From a virus (lineage: Duplodnaviria > Heunggongvirae > Uroviricota > Caudoviricetes), in the IMG/VR virus record IMGVR_UViG_3300021255_000128, positions 64,001 to 128,000 of that record: a DNA stretch of 64,000 bases; one strand, 5' to 3'. The notes under the pieces are model-generated. The model was not told where the DNA came from. It worked only from the letters and a program-made list of their open reading frames with translations, and ran no database searches. Shown here one piece after another: positions 51,193 to 61,398 of this stretch. Numbering within the stretch: position 1 is the first letter of the stretch; each line of letters opens with the position of its first letter. The position numbers and the translations under genes are program-made.

Positions 51193-51881
51193 TACAATAT
51201 TGGTTTTAAACTCTTACCATACTGCTTACGATCTCATCTCACTTTAACGTCTAATATTCTATCCATATCATTTTGAGTAAAGTGTTCCGGAATTCTAGCA
51301 GCATTACATAATCTCAATCAGTCTTGCTGTACAACTTGAGCAAGTTTTATAATATTTCCATCGCGTTTTCTTATACCCTCTTTATTTAAAGCTATATACG
51401 CAACTCAAGCAGCAACAGCAGCTAATTCTTTATCATTTAAAAGTGGTAATTGTGTTTCATCATCCATTAAAATACCATGATAAACAACCATTACTCTTTT
51501 ATAATCATGTGAAAAATATAATACTCCATCACCTTCGTCGTATTTAACTAATTTACCTCTAGTTCAATACGGGTCTTCGTTTCATTTCCAGAAATCGATA
51601 TAACCTTCTGTTCAAAGTGAAGGAATAGCACTAAAATCAGTTGAAGAACTAGTCATTTGAGCATCGGGAATAGGAACATGCACAGATTCTATTACATCTA
51701 CGTTGCAAGGTAATTCTAATTTACCATGTACAACGTCACCAATATAACGATACAATCTTGTATGTTTATTTCCTATTCTACTTCATCCTTCTAATGCAAT
51801 ATCTTCAAATTCATTTTCTGAAACAGATACGCCATAAAGAGTATCTACTAAACTATACGCTGCATTAAAATTATGTAACAT
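51192..51881 (-). CDS. Tail tubular/ring protein, 229 aa (7 TGA, 1 TGG)
   Basis: Missing from the ORF track. Open ATG 51881 to TAA 51192 with TGA=W; C-terminal QNDMDRILDV..WDRK.YG typical of crAss ring proteins. Confidence 0.78.
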
Positions 51882-52549
51882 TATCTAGGTGTTTGAGTGT
51901 TAGGTAATACTTGAGCATTTGCACCTCTATAATATCTAAGTTTTTGCTCAACTAATCTTCTTTTAATTTCATTAGATACGGATCCTAATTCTAAAAACTC
52001 ATGTTTATCACAACAATTAAATTGTTCTAATTGTCTAGGATCTTTAAACACAGCTAATATAGATATATTTTTTACAAATGGAGCATTAAAAATCCATCCG
52101 TCGTACATTCCATTTTCATTTGGTGCTTTTTGAATATAGACATACGGTTTATCTGCACCGCGTTTTTTATACTTACGATATTTTAAACCGTCTAAAGAAT
52201 AATACACATCGTATCTTTGTTTCTTATCGATAGTTCCTAATCATTCCACCGCATCATATCCAAGATCATTCATTAATACTGGAATTTCAAAATGTAAATC
52301 TGAAGTTCCAGATGATGTAACACAGCATTTCGCTGGATCAGCACAATCTACTTCTATACAGTTAAGAGCTAGCATTAAGTCATGGGGTTTTAATATACCT
52401 TTAAGATACCACTCTTTAATGACAGTTTCTCTTGTTTCAATTACTTCGTCTTCAAGTTGTTCAAAACTTATGTTTGGATTTGCATTTACTCCACTTAAGC
52501 CTGCAACAACATCATTATATATAGCAGAAGTTATTTTATCCAATTCCAT
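51881..52549 (-). CDS. Tail ring protein, 222 aa
   Basis: Two ORF-track pieces joined through TGA 52241. Motifs LEDEVI..R and AVFKDPRQL. Confidence 0.72.
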
Positions 52550-52561
52550 GACTATAAAATT

Positions 52562-52597
52562 AAAAAAGAGCGAGCGAGATTTATTCTCACCCGCTCT
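52562..52597 (-). terminator. Intrinsic terminator
   Basis: Minus strand AGAGCGGGTGAGA-ATAAA-TCTCGCTCGCTCT-TTTTT. Confidence 0.82.
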
Positions 52598-52615
52598 AAG
52601 TGAATATTATCTAAA

Positions 52616-53500
52616 CTATTCAGAAGGAACAGTAGGAGTGATTCCGCAAGCGGAAAGAGCTGCATCAAAATCAGCAACTACATCACTCTTAACCCAGTAA
52701 ATATGACGAGTAACAGCGTCAACCTTCTGACCAACACCAGAAAGACCTCCGAAACCAGGACGAGGGGAATCATATGCGAAGGAATACATCGTATAGATTG
52801 CGCCAGGAATAGGCATTTCATCGGAATTGAGAGCTGCATAACGTCTGTTGCCATACGTAGGGAAACGATAGTTCTCGACAAGCTTGTCACCAGTTCCAAA
52901 AGGAACTTTGGTATCAGTGACAGTATAGTCATCCTCTACAAGCTCATACTTATCAAATGAACAACCATCGCATGCACCTTCAACAAGTTTCTCAAGTTTA
53001 GCACCTTCGAATTCCATTCCAAACATGGAAGCTGTAAGAACTACAGAAGTACCAGATTTAGCAACAGAAACAAACTTATTGTTATAAGGGATAGCGTCCT
53101 TAAGAGCTGCAAGAAGTTCATCAGCAAATACACCATCGGACTTGTGAGTAAAACCAACTACAAGTGGTTTACCGAAAGAAGCCCAGTTAGGATATGCATA
53201 CTCAGAAATAGCAGCAGGGTCAAGAAGCTTCACAAAAACAGAGAACTGATAAACGTCACCAGCAGTAAGAGATGCTGGAGCAGTTACAGTAAGAGTTGCA
53301 AGAACACCGTCATAACCAGGAGTCTTAAATACAACACCCTCACCACGAGGGAAGATTAGGTCAGAACGATAGTCACCTGCACGTTCGATAACAAGGTGTT
53401 TTACACCAAGAGCTTCATCATCGTAAGTTCCAATTTTCTTGTTACCAGTTAACGTACCAACGTTATTGTTAATAATAACTTCGTGTGTGTAATCAAACAT
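52616..53500 (-). CDS. Abundant structural protein (auxiliary capsid protein-like), 294 aa
   Basis: Highly-expressed-type codon usage like the MCP, followed by a terminator; MFDYTHEVIIN start; position in the crAss capsid block. Confidence 0.68.
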   Translation of the reverse strand: MFDYTHEVIINNNVGTLTGNKKIGTYDDEALGVKHLVIERAGDYRSDLIFPRGEGVVFKTPGYDGVLATLTVTAPASLTAGDVYQFSVFVKLLDPAAISEYAYPNWASFGKPLVVGFTHKSDGVFADELLAALKDAIPYNNKFVSVAKSGTSVVLTASMFGMEFEGAKLEKLVEGACDGCSFDKYELVEDDYTVTDTKVPFGTGDKLVENYRFPTYGNRRYAALNSDEMPIPGAIYTMYSFAYDSPRPGFGGLSGVGQKVDAVTRHIYWVKSDVVADFDAALSACGITPTVPSE

Positions 53501-53525
53501 AATTTCTAAAAATTAAAAGGTTAAA

Positions 53526-54431
53526 CTATTTACTATCTGTTGTAGGAATTCCTCCAATTGTTTGATTGATTGCAAAATGAGTTTGTAATCTTTGATCACC
53601 GGCATTTTCAAATAAAAGTTTTACAAAAATGTTAATGATTTCATAAGCAACTGGATCTGGAAATTCACAAGCAGCAGTAGTATCTTCAACGCTATGAACA
53701 TCTTCCCAAGTGAGTTGTATAATCTTAGGAAGCTTCAAGTAATCAACATAAACGACATCTGGAGAATATGATTTATTTCTTCCACATCTAATTTCCATTA
53801 GAGTTCCGATACAATTACCATCAGGTGATGGTGTACAACATGGTTTAAGAACAGATTGTAGTTCTGCTTTTCAAGCTGGATTACCACAACTATCGATGTC
53901 GCAAGGATCTAATAAATTTTTAATTCCCAATTCTGTTGATACTTTACCAGCATCTAAAGAAGTATTTATATAAAAATACGGTCTTTGATAAGTTGGTTTT
54001 AAATAAGCGTTATTTATAATATCGGGAAATTGATTTGCAGTCAATCTTCTACATAAAGAGTATATTCCTCCAAGAGAATCATCATCTGGAGGATTACATT
54101 TGTTTAAATCGTCATCGTTACATTTTTTCGCAAAATGTGCCGTACAATTTAATACATGAAAATAATCCGGAGGAAGAATTGTAACATAATTAGCTTCTTC
54201 CATTGGATGTATGATTTTATTTTGTTTATATACATCTAATTCAACACTCCTTTGTAATCATCTAAGATCATCAGAAGATTGCTGATTTAAATCAAATCTC
54301 GCGTATGTTAAGTTTATATATTGAATGATAGCCTTATTGATCAAATAATTATACTCTTCTATTAAAAGAGTTGGAGCCTCATGCTTATTTTGTTCAATTA
54401 AGGCTGCATTATATAAATCCAATTCTGTCAT
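53526..54431 (-). CDS. Tail ring / head-tail protein, 301 aa (two TGA)
   Basis: MTELDLY..NK..APTLL.EEYNYLINKA..DDLRW; C-terminal YLKLP..EFPD..YEII, as in P22 gp4-like/crAss ring proteins. Confidence 0.72.
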
Positions 54432-54454
54432 AGGCTATCTTTATTTTCAATTAA

Positions 54455-55282
54455 TTAATTCTTAGATTTAGATGTTTTAGTTTCGGTTTCCGCAGGTTGT
54501 GCAAACTGAGGGAACGTTTCACGTTTAATTTCCTCGAAAATTGACTTATTACTAGGAATCTTAAAGAATGATATTACTGCATCATCTGTCATTCCAAGAA
54601 CTGTATCACCATAGATAAACACACCATTCTTTTTACGAATAATATTTTTATCTCTTGCTTCAATAAATAGTAGACGAAGGGCAGTATCACCGTTTGTATA
54701 AAGATCAATAATCTGATTAGGATTCTTTTCAGCAACCTGATACAGATAATCTTCTACATCTGAAGATGGTGCATATCTCATATTCTTACCAAGTAACTTA
54801 CACTTTGTAAGACGTCCATCAACAGAATCTTCTTCAACAAATCTGAAAGCTTTCATAATAAGCTTCTTTCTACTTACACTTCTTTCAGATTCCTCACCCG
54901 GTACATCAATATATAATTCAGCGGTACCATATTTCTTTGCATCACCATCAATTAGAAGAACGCCATTTTCATCTCTAGCATCTCTAGAAGGTACAAATAA
55001 GTCGTGGTTTTTAATTGCATTTCAGATATTTTCCTGACGTTTATCAGAAAGATCAAATGTAGTACCATCAACAACTACTACATCAAGATCTTCGGGAATA
55101 AAATATGCAGATTCTGGATTATTTCTTTCTGCATCTGATAAAACCATTTCTGAACGACCATCCAATCCAATTCTAGTTTGTTTTACCCAAGGTCAATTAA
55201 GTCCATTAGGTTGTTTAGTTGGTTGAAAATGATATTCTTTTACCTTATAAACCGATCTAATTGTTATAACTTTATTACTCAT
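54455..55282 (-). CDS. Conserved crAss protein downstream of MCP, 275 aa (two TGA)
   Basis: ATG 55282 joined through TGA to ORF 54455-54856; C-terminal NIIRKKNGVFIYGDTVLG. Confidence 0.72.
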
Positions 55283-55323
55283 ATTATTTCTCAATTATCT
55301 AAAACATTCTATCTAAGAAAAGT

Positions 55324-55350
55324 AAAAGGCCCAGCCCGAAAACTGGGCCT
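55324..55350 (-). terminator. Intrinsic terminator after the major capsid gene
   Basis: Minus strand AGGCCCAG-TTTTCGGG-CTGGGCCT-TTT. Confidence 0.8.
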
Positions 55351-55380
55351 ATAATCTAATATTTTTATTCTATATTAATC

Positions 55381-58300
55381 CTAGAATAAAGGATTACCGG
55401 TATCTTCACCAAGGAAGACAACAGAACGGTAAGGATTGTATAGTGCTAGACCAGCATCTAAATGTTAGCTCTATGTCACCATAGAGAACAGACTATATCT
55501 TTAACTTATTCCACGTATTTAAAAACAAACCCTTTTGTTTGTTTTCTCAATCCCTTTGCTACATCTCTACATTTTGAAAACTCTTTTGCACACTCTCCAA
55601 CAGCATCTCAAACCTTTACAAGATTTCCATCTAAATCATACTGTGCTATTTTTCTTTTTTCTCCACATTTGAGTGGTGAAAGATTATTATAAACCTCTTT
55701 TGATTTAAGGATATCAATTATTTTATTCTTATCCTTTAAGAAGTAATAACCTTTTGCTTGAGTTTTCTTATTTAATGCGGAATAAACATTTGCTCTAGTT
55801 GTATCAAACGCTTTCATTATTTCTGAAACATTGTCTCATTCTCCAACAAGTTCACCTTCAGGCGTGAATTGATAAATTGTTGAAAAAAGATTGAGTTTGT
55901 ATGTAGAAAGATCTAATTTTTCTACTTTTTCATAAGCTCAATAACTATTCCTATAACTTCTATGTTCTGCACAAGCCATTATAAGTGTCATAGGATTACA
56001 ACCAATTTCTTCAGCATGATGTTTAACACCATAAAATTCTCCGAGATAATTCCCTTCAATGTCATATTGATAAATCCATTTCTGAATACATCCTCCATGT
56101 AATCCTCCAGGAATTACATTATAATTATCTCTACGTTTGATAAATTCATAGGTTACAATTTCAGCCTCTTTATTATATGCATCTGTTTCGTTATCAAATT
56201 CATATAATATAGCTCTTCTGAAATTCTTATAACCATATTTTTTTAAAGCATATTGAAATGCAGTTTTAGGATATTTAAGAGAATATCCGATTTCAATTCC
56301 ATTTCCAATATAACCATCGAATACTTTAGGATTTTCTGTTTTATGCACACCTATGTAGATCTTCCCATTGATCAAACATGTAGTGCAATATATAATTCAT
56401 GTCATAATTTTACGTTTTTAAGTTATTCTCTAATTTCCACATTTAAATGTGTACGCCTGAACAGGCTAGTCGTTGAACCTTATTTGGGACTCCCGTTCAC
56501 CGGTTTGTCTTATCCAAATCTTGGCTGCTGATAATCTCAGAGAGACTTCCCAGCAATTAAAAGAATTATTTTTCATTACTATCACTAGTAAGGGGACCTA
56601 TGCTATATTTAAGCCCCATGCCACAATGTGGCTGCCAGCAACGCGGCTTGAAACTTCACCAGAGGAAAGACCATCCTTTCCACCGACACCAACAATCCAG
56701 TTATGCATGAACTGACCACCCTTGAAGGTAAGCATTTCCATAGCAGGTTTGTTAGAAATACCATCCTCAGTAAGGTCAACCATGATACCATAGTTACGAG
56801 TAGGGAATTCTACGTCAAAGGTTCTTTCAACCTTAAACATAACCTTATTTCCTGCAAACTCATAAGAATGATAAGTTGCACCAAGCTCAACATAACCATT
56901 TGCAGCTTTAGAATAAAGAACAGCACCATCAGTCTTGTGCTCAATTAACCAGCGATCAAGAACAGTGTTGATTTCATTCCATAGACGAGTGTTAACCATA
57001 AAGAGATAGGTGTTACCCGTAGGTTTAATTGATTTTGCAACAAGAGTTGCAAGAGCCTTCTGGAAGTAAGCTACAGTAAGCTTAGAGAAGACAAATTTGG
57101 TAGCAAAGCGCTCAAGTTGAGCAATAAGACCATCAGAGGAGATGATAGGACGTCCAGTCTCACTCTCATAAATCTTAGGTTTGCCATTAACATCAACGTT
57201 AGATTTACCCCATACAAGAGCCATATCACGAGCCTCAAGATAATTCTCGATAACTTGCTCTTCAGCTTTCTTTAATGTAAACACAGGGTCATCCTTTCCA
57301 CCATCCTTACCTTCACCAATCTGAATGAATACATCCTCAAGAGGTTTGTACATTGCAGAAAGATCAATGTCATTACGATGGGTAGCGATGAATGTGCGAT
57401 GTTTTTCAGTATTTGACTGATACTTTGTATACAATTGTGTTATCAATATGTTACCATATTGTTCAGACTATATCTTCAATCTAATTTGTATTAACCTTAT
57501 TAGATTGCCCCCCATTTCGGAAATATCCTACTCTACTCACTTCTTTACACAAATATTTCTTTTGTGCTATGTTTTCGATAGTCGTTGAACGTTCCAATTT
57601 ATTGACTTCGCTGCTGATTGTCTCATTGAGATTTCCAGCAATTAAAGGGGTTTATTTAATTTTTCACTTATTTAAAATAAGCGGAGGAGAGCAATACAAA
57701 GTAAAACTTCTAGAAGTTTACCCTCCTCATGAAGCTCAGGCATATAGTTGGTTACAAAGCGAGTCATCTCACCTGCTAGAGCAGTAGGATCGATTGCGGA
57801 AGTATAATCCGAATCGTTAATCTTACCAATCACTAAGAATTCATTGTCACGAAGACGTTGAGGACGATTCATAACAATGATAAGGTCACGAGTCTTCTCG
57901 ATGATAAAGGTGTCGTACTTCTGATAGTAATTCTCAGGGAAGTAGAAAAGGATATCTGCACCGTTGCAACCATCACCCTCAACACGGAGGATAGGAACTC
58001 TCTTAATACGGTTAACAGCAATATTCCACTCTACAACGAAAGAATCAACATCTTTAAAGCCGTTCTTAGCCTTACCTTTAGTATAGATATTCTGAAGTGC
58101 TTCAGTAAGATGCGTAATAGTGTACTGATCGTACATTGTTGAAACTAGACCCAATCTTGCGGGTTTAACAGAAAGGAACTTCATGAACATGTTGTTATCT
58201 TCATATTACTATGAAGTTCAGACTATATCATCACCCCAGTGGGGTGTCCCCCGTTTCGGAATTTCTTCCTACTCTCTTTCGAGATAGTCTTTGAACCTTA

Positions 58301-58483
58301 CTTAATAAAATTAAGTCTTGGCTGCTGATTGTCCTACAAAAGTATGATAAAGTTAGGAGTTTCCAGCAATTAAAGGGATTTGCAAAGTTAGATTACTCTA
58401 ACCTGGGACTTCTATTGTTAATCCTCATAAGTTCTCGTATCTGCTTGATTAGGTCTAATAGTAGTAAAACCTGATATTCTCAT
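55381..58483 (-). CDS. Major capsid protein, spliced from 4 exons (58421-58483, 57720-58187, 56612-57431, 55381-55457), 475 aa
   Basis: Splicing gives TRTYED|FMKFL, PELHEEG|YTKYQSN and VAWG|YAGLALYNPYRS. The total is 1428 nt in frame, matching the crAss MCP pattern. Confidence 0.93.
55458..56611 (-). mobile_element. Group I intron 3 in MCP (1154 nt) with homing endonuclease in the P8 loop
   Basis: P1 GGGGCU pairs with GGUCCC; P10 AUGCU pairs with AGCAU. Core P AATTGCTGGGAA, Q TATCAGCAGC, R GGTTCAACGACTA, S AAGATATAGTCT; terminal G at 55458. Confidence 0.93.
55506..56405 (-). CDS. Intron-encoded GIY-YIG-type homing endonuclease with three NUMOD1-like repeats, 299 aa (four TGA)
   Basis: MTW(TGA)IIYCTTCLINGKIYIGVHK; repeats IYQYDIEGNYLGEF, IYQFTPEGELVGEW and IAQYDLDGNLVKVW; ends TAA 55506. 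Confidence 0.88.
57432..57719 (-). mobile_element. Group I intron 2 in MCP (288 nt, no ORF)
   Basis: 9-bp P1 (GAGGAGGGU with GCUCUCCUC) and 9-bp P10 (AUACAAAGU with ACUUUGUAU). Core AATTGCTGGAAA, AATCAGCAGC, GTTCAACGACTA, AAGATATAGTCT. Confidence 0.94.
58188..58420 (-). mobile_element. Group I intron 1 in MCP (233 nt, no ORF)
   Basis: P1 GGAU pairs with GUCC. Core AATTGCTGGAAA, AATCAGCAGC, GGTTCAAAGACTA, TGATATAGTCT; terminal G at 58188. Confidence 0.92.
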
Positions 58484-58523
58484 ACTTTAACTTATTAATT
58501 AATTATTATTTAAAAACAGATAA

Positions 58524-59654
58524 CTAACCGTAAATATCGAATACTGTTTTAGCCTTCGTTGAAGGTTTCTGATTGCGAGATTTAGGTTGAGTTACCACAG
58601 ACGAATTGTTTTCTTTATTTTTATATTTATCCAATTCTTTTTGTAAACTTGCTTTTTCTTTACGTTCAGTAGCTAAAATATTCTTCCAGTAACGAGTAAG
58701 TCCAGTCAGATTATCACGCTCACGAGTTCTATAATAAGCAAGTTCAATAAGAGCTTTTGGATCCTCTAAGTCTTTTACTAATTGACTCTTTCCATCTTTA
58801 TCTCTTTCGAGTAAATATCTTAACATTACATTTCTGTCTGCGTCTTCAATTTGCAGTGCCATTGCATCCTGACTCTTATCGTCTGGATCTAGCAAGATTT
58901 CTGTGAAATCTGCCATAGCTGCCTGTAAATTATTCTGAAGTTCTTGATAACTTTGAGCTTCAACTTCTTCTTGATGTTTTATTTCATCTTCTTCTTGCTG
59001 CTTTAAAGAAGCTCTAATTGCATTAACTTCTTTTCCGAAAAGATCTTCGTTTAATTTAGCAGATTCAAGTTTTGAATTTAGCTCATCGTCTGTAAAATCT
59101 GGATATTTATTTTTTAAATCAGCTAAATAAAGTTCATCATCGGAATATTCGTCAATAGAATAACTACGATGACGTACTTGATCAGGATTTTCGTTTAAAT
59201 AATCTTCAATAGCTTTCTTCTGGTAATATTCAATTACATCATCAAGTGTTGCATTATTCTTTCTCAAATAATCAACAACTTGTTTTTCGTAATCCGTATA
59301 ACCAGGATCAGCAAGTTCTTTGAGAACAGTTAGCTTTTCTTCATCAGTAAGCGTATTGAAATCCTTTTCAACAATCTTACCATCTTCGTCTTCAAACTGA
59401 AGTTTTGAAGGATCGGCTATACCGTACTCTTTTAAATATGTTGTAATGAGATCAGACGTTCCTTCTGATCCATTATTGTCTTCAGTTTTTTCTTCTTGAT
59501 CATCTTCCTTATTATCATCGTTAGAACCGTGATTATAAAGATCAGATAATCCTAGAGGATCGTCTTCTATAACTTCATCCTCAACTACTTCCTCATCTAC
59601 CTGAACATCGTCATCGGATAATAAGGAATTTAATGTGCTTTCATTTAAATCCAT
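58524..59654 (-). CDS. Acidic scaffold-like protein upstream of MCP, 376 aa
   Basis: Very Asp/Glu-rich coiled coil with a basic C-terminal tail, immediately 5' of MCP. The scaffold role is inferred. Confidence 0.7.
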   Translation of the reverse strand: MDLNESTLNSLLSDDDVQVDEEVVEDEVIEDDPLGLSDLYNHGSNDDNKEDDQEEKTEDNNGSEGTSDLITTYLKEYGIADPSKLQFEDEDGKIVEKDFNTLTDEEKLTVLKELADPGYTDYEKQVVDYLRKNNATLDDVIEYYQKKAIEDYLNENPDQVRHRSYSIDEYSDDELYLADLKNKYPDFTDDELNSKLESAKLNEDLFGKEVNAIRASLKQQEEDEIKHQEEVEAQSYQELQNNLQAAMADFTEILLDPDDKSQDAMALQIEDADRNVMLRYLLERDKDGKSQLVKDLEDPKALIELAYYRTRERDNLTGLTRYWKNILATERKEKASLQKELDKYKNKENNSSVVTQPKSRNQKPSTKAKTVFDIYG

Positions 59655-59683
59655 AATACTTATTATTTCCTATTAAAACTCCG

Positions 59684-59715
59684 CAAATATAAAAAGAATT
59701 TTTTTAAATTCCAAA
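59684..59715 (-). promoter_or_regulatory. Bacteroidota-type promoter for the scaffold-MCP operon
   Basis: Minus strand TTTG-N20-TATATTTG(CG). Confidence 0.82.
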
Positions 59716-59721
59716 TTTATT

Positions 59722-60150
59722 TTAGAATATTGCGAGAAAAATTATTCCCAATACACCTAAACCTGTTGTAAATTCTCAAAATGTTCTTTTTCTATTCACA
59801 CTCTTTACTTGTTTCTCCAAATCGGAGATTACATCTTTACTTTCATCTTTTGTATTTTTTATTTGTAATGTTTGATTCTCAATTATCTTTTGTTGAGAAT
59901 CTATAATATCATTTAATCCTTGATTTTGACTTTCTAAATTGGAAATAAGTTTCTCATTAATTACTTGTAAAGAATCTAATGATTCCAATCTATAAAACGC
60001 AGTATTAATTTTATCTAAATCAGGTTTATTTATTAAAACCATTGTATCTGCTACTTGCGAAGCTACTTCTACACATTTAATATCTTTCGGAAGTTGTGCA
60101 AAACAAGTAAATGATAAAAGTAATAAAAGAATACTAATTAATCGCTTCAT
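59722..60150 (-). CDS. Signal peptide + coiled coil + C-terminal TM protein (spanin-like candidate), 142 aa
   Basis: MKRLISILLLLLSFTCFA-Q signal and heptad-rich middle. The TM segment FTTGLGVLGIIFLAIF lies beyond TGA 59776. Confidence 0.65.
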
Positions 60151-60473
60151 TTTGATAAATTATTTTGTAATCGAACAATCCCTTCTGAAACAGATTTTGA
60201 AACAACTACTCCGTCTTTTTTAACAAGAATCTTATTCTTAACTTTTTGTAATGAATCAATAGTATTCTCTAAATCAGAAATCTCTACTTTATATGTTGAT
60301 ATTTGTTTCTCTAATTCTTTGTTTATATATTTTAGAGAATCAACATGTTCTATATTTTCTATTTTTATTTGATTTATTTGCTTTGATAGTCTATTATATC
60401 TAAAATTACCTATTATCAGTAATATAAGTAATACTCCTGATATAATAGCATATAATAACTTTTTATCGTTCAT
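60138..60473 (-). CDS. N-terminal TM + periplasmic coiled-coil protein (i-spanin-like candidate)
   Basis: TM LLYAIISGVLLILLIIG followed by a coiled coil. TGA at 60147 overlaps the next ATG; TAA at 60138. Confidence 0.62.
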
Positions 60474-60768
60474 TCTTTATATTTTTAAGTGTATCTAATT
60501 CTCAGAATTTTTCTTTAAATCCAGCTTCTTTCTTACCTTCTGGAATTTTGCCAGCTCTAACTCAATTATCAAAAGTAGCCCTACTAATATTCAAATAAGA
60601 ACAGGCTTGATACTTGCTCAATTTGTTCTTTGTATTAGTTACTCGATTTATTGTATCCAAGATCTCTTCTAATTCATCTTCAGTATAATCTGTATTTCCA
60701 TTATCAATAGCATCTACCATATTAAGTAGAGTTCTTTTTAGAGTCTCTTTCTTTAGCATGTTCTTCAT
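60463..60768 (-). CDS. Helix-turn-helix (excisionase/HTH_17-like) DNA-binding protein, 101 aa (two TGA)
   Basis: LSKYQACSYLNISRATFDNW(TGA)VRAGKIPEG..GFKEKFW. Confidence 0.78.
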
Positions 60769-61117
60769 TTTTAATTAAACATCCAATTATTATAAATAGT
60801 CCGGCAAGTAAGAGATAAATAATTAACATTTGTTTACCTATAACTGGAATTCCGATATAAAAGTCTATGATATTAATGATATTAGCAGACAAGGCATAAT
60901 AAATTGGAAGCCTATGTCAGTAACAAAATCCTAAAAAGAATGAAAATGCAAGTAAAGCGATTGTTGGTATAATTGCTAATCCAAACAAATCTGTTAGAAT
61001 AAAGGATTGGATTCCAAAACAAGTTAACATAATTTGCAATAAATATGCCAATCCAATCATTCATGTTCCATACTTAACAATAAATAAGATAAGTTTCCTA
61101 TTTAATTTTCCTTCCAT
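60722..61117 (-). CDS. Multi-pass membrane protein, 131 aa (two TGA)
   Basis: Missing from the ORF track. About four hydrophobic segments; GFCYW(TGA)HRLPIYY. Confidence 0.72.
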
Positions 61118-61313
61118 CTTCGATTATTTTCGGCTTTCCTTGTAAATTGGGGGCCATTTGTACTTTTCCAGCCCTCGGTCTTTTATTTTCTTCTTCAGCG
61201 GCCCTTGAAATTTTCAAAGGCTTCACTGGTGATTCCCTTCTTGGAAGCTCTGTAAAACGCTTCTTTTTAGGGATTTCTGGACTTTTTTGTTTTATTTTTA
61301 TAATTTGTGCCAT
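61098..61313 (-). CDS. Small Lys/Arg/Pro-rich basic protein, 71 aa
   Basis: ATG 61313 sits just downstream of a promoter; ends TAG. Confidence 0.55.
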   Translation of the reverse strand: MAQIIKIKQKSPEIPKKKRFTELPRRESPVKPLKISRAAEEENKRPRAGKVQMAPNLQGKPKIIEDGRKIK

Positions 61314-61338
61314 ATTTATCAACTTTTAACTTTTGCCG

Positions 61339-61370
61339 CAAATATAATAAAAATTTTTTATAAAAACAAA
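61339..61370 (-). promoter_or_regulatory. Bacteroidota-type promoter
   Basis: Minus strand TTTG-N20-TATATTTG(CG); the -33 box overlaps the U-tract of the upstream terminator. Confidence 0.8.
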
Positions 61371-61398
61371 AAAAGGTGAGAAATTTTTATTTCCCACC
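61368..61398 (-). terminator. Intrinsic terminator overlapping a stop codon and the next promoter
   Basis: Minus strand GGTGGGAAAT-AAAA-ATTTCTCACC-TTTTTTT. Confidence 0.78.

Noticed and set aside
57569-57787. + strand ORF spanning MCP intron 2 as an intron-encoded gene
   Set aside because: It is the antisense read of the ribozyme core and has no endonuclease motif; the intron is too short to encode one.
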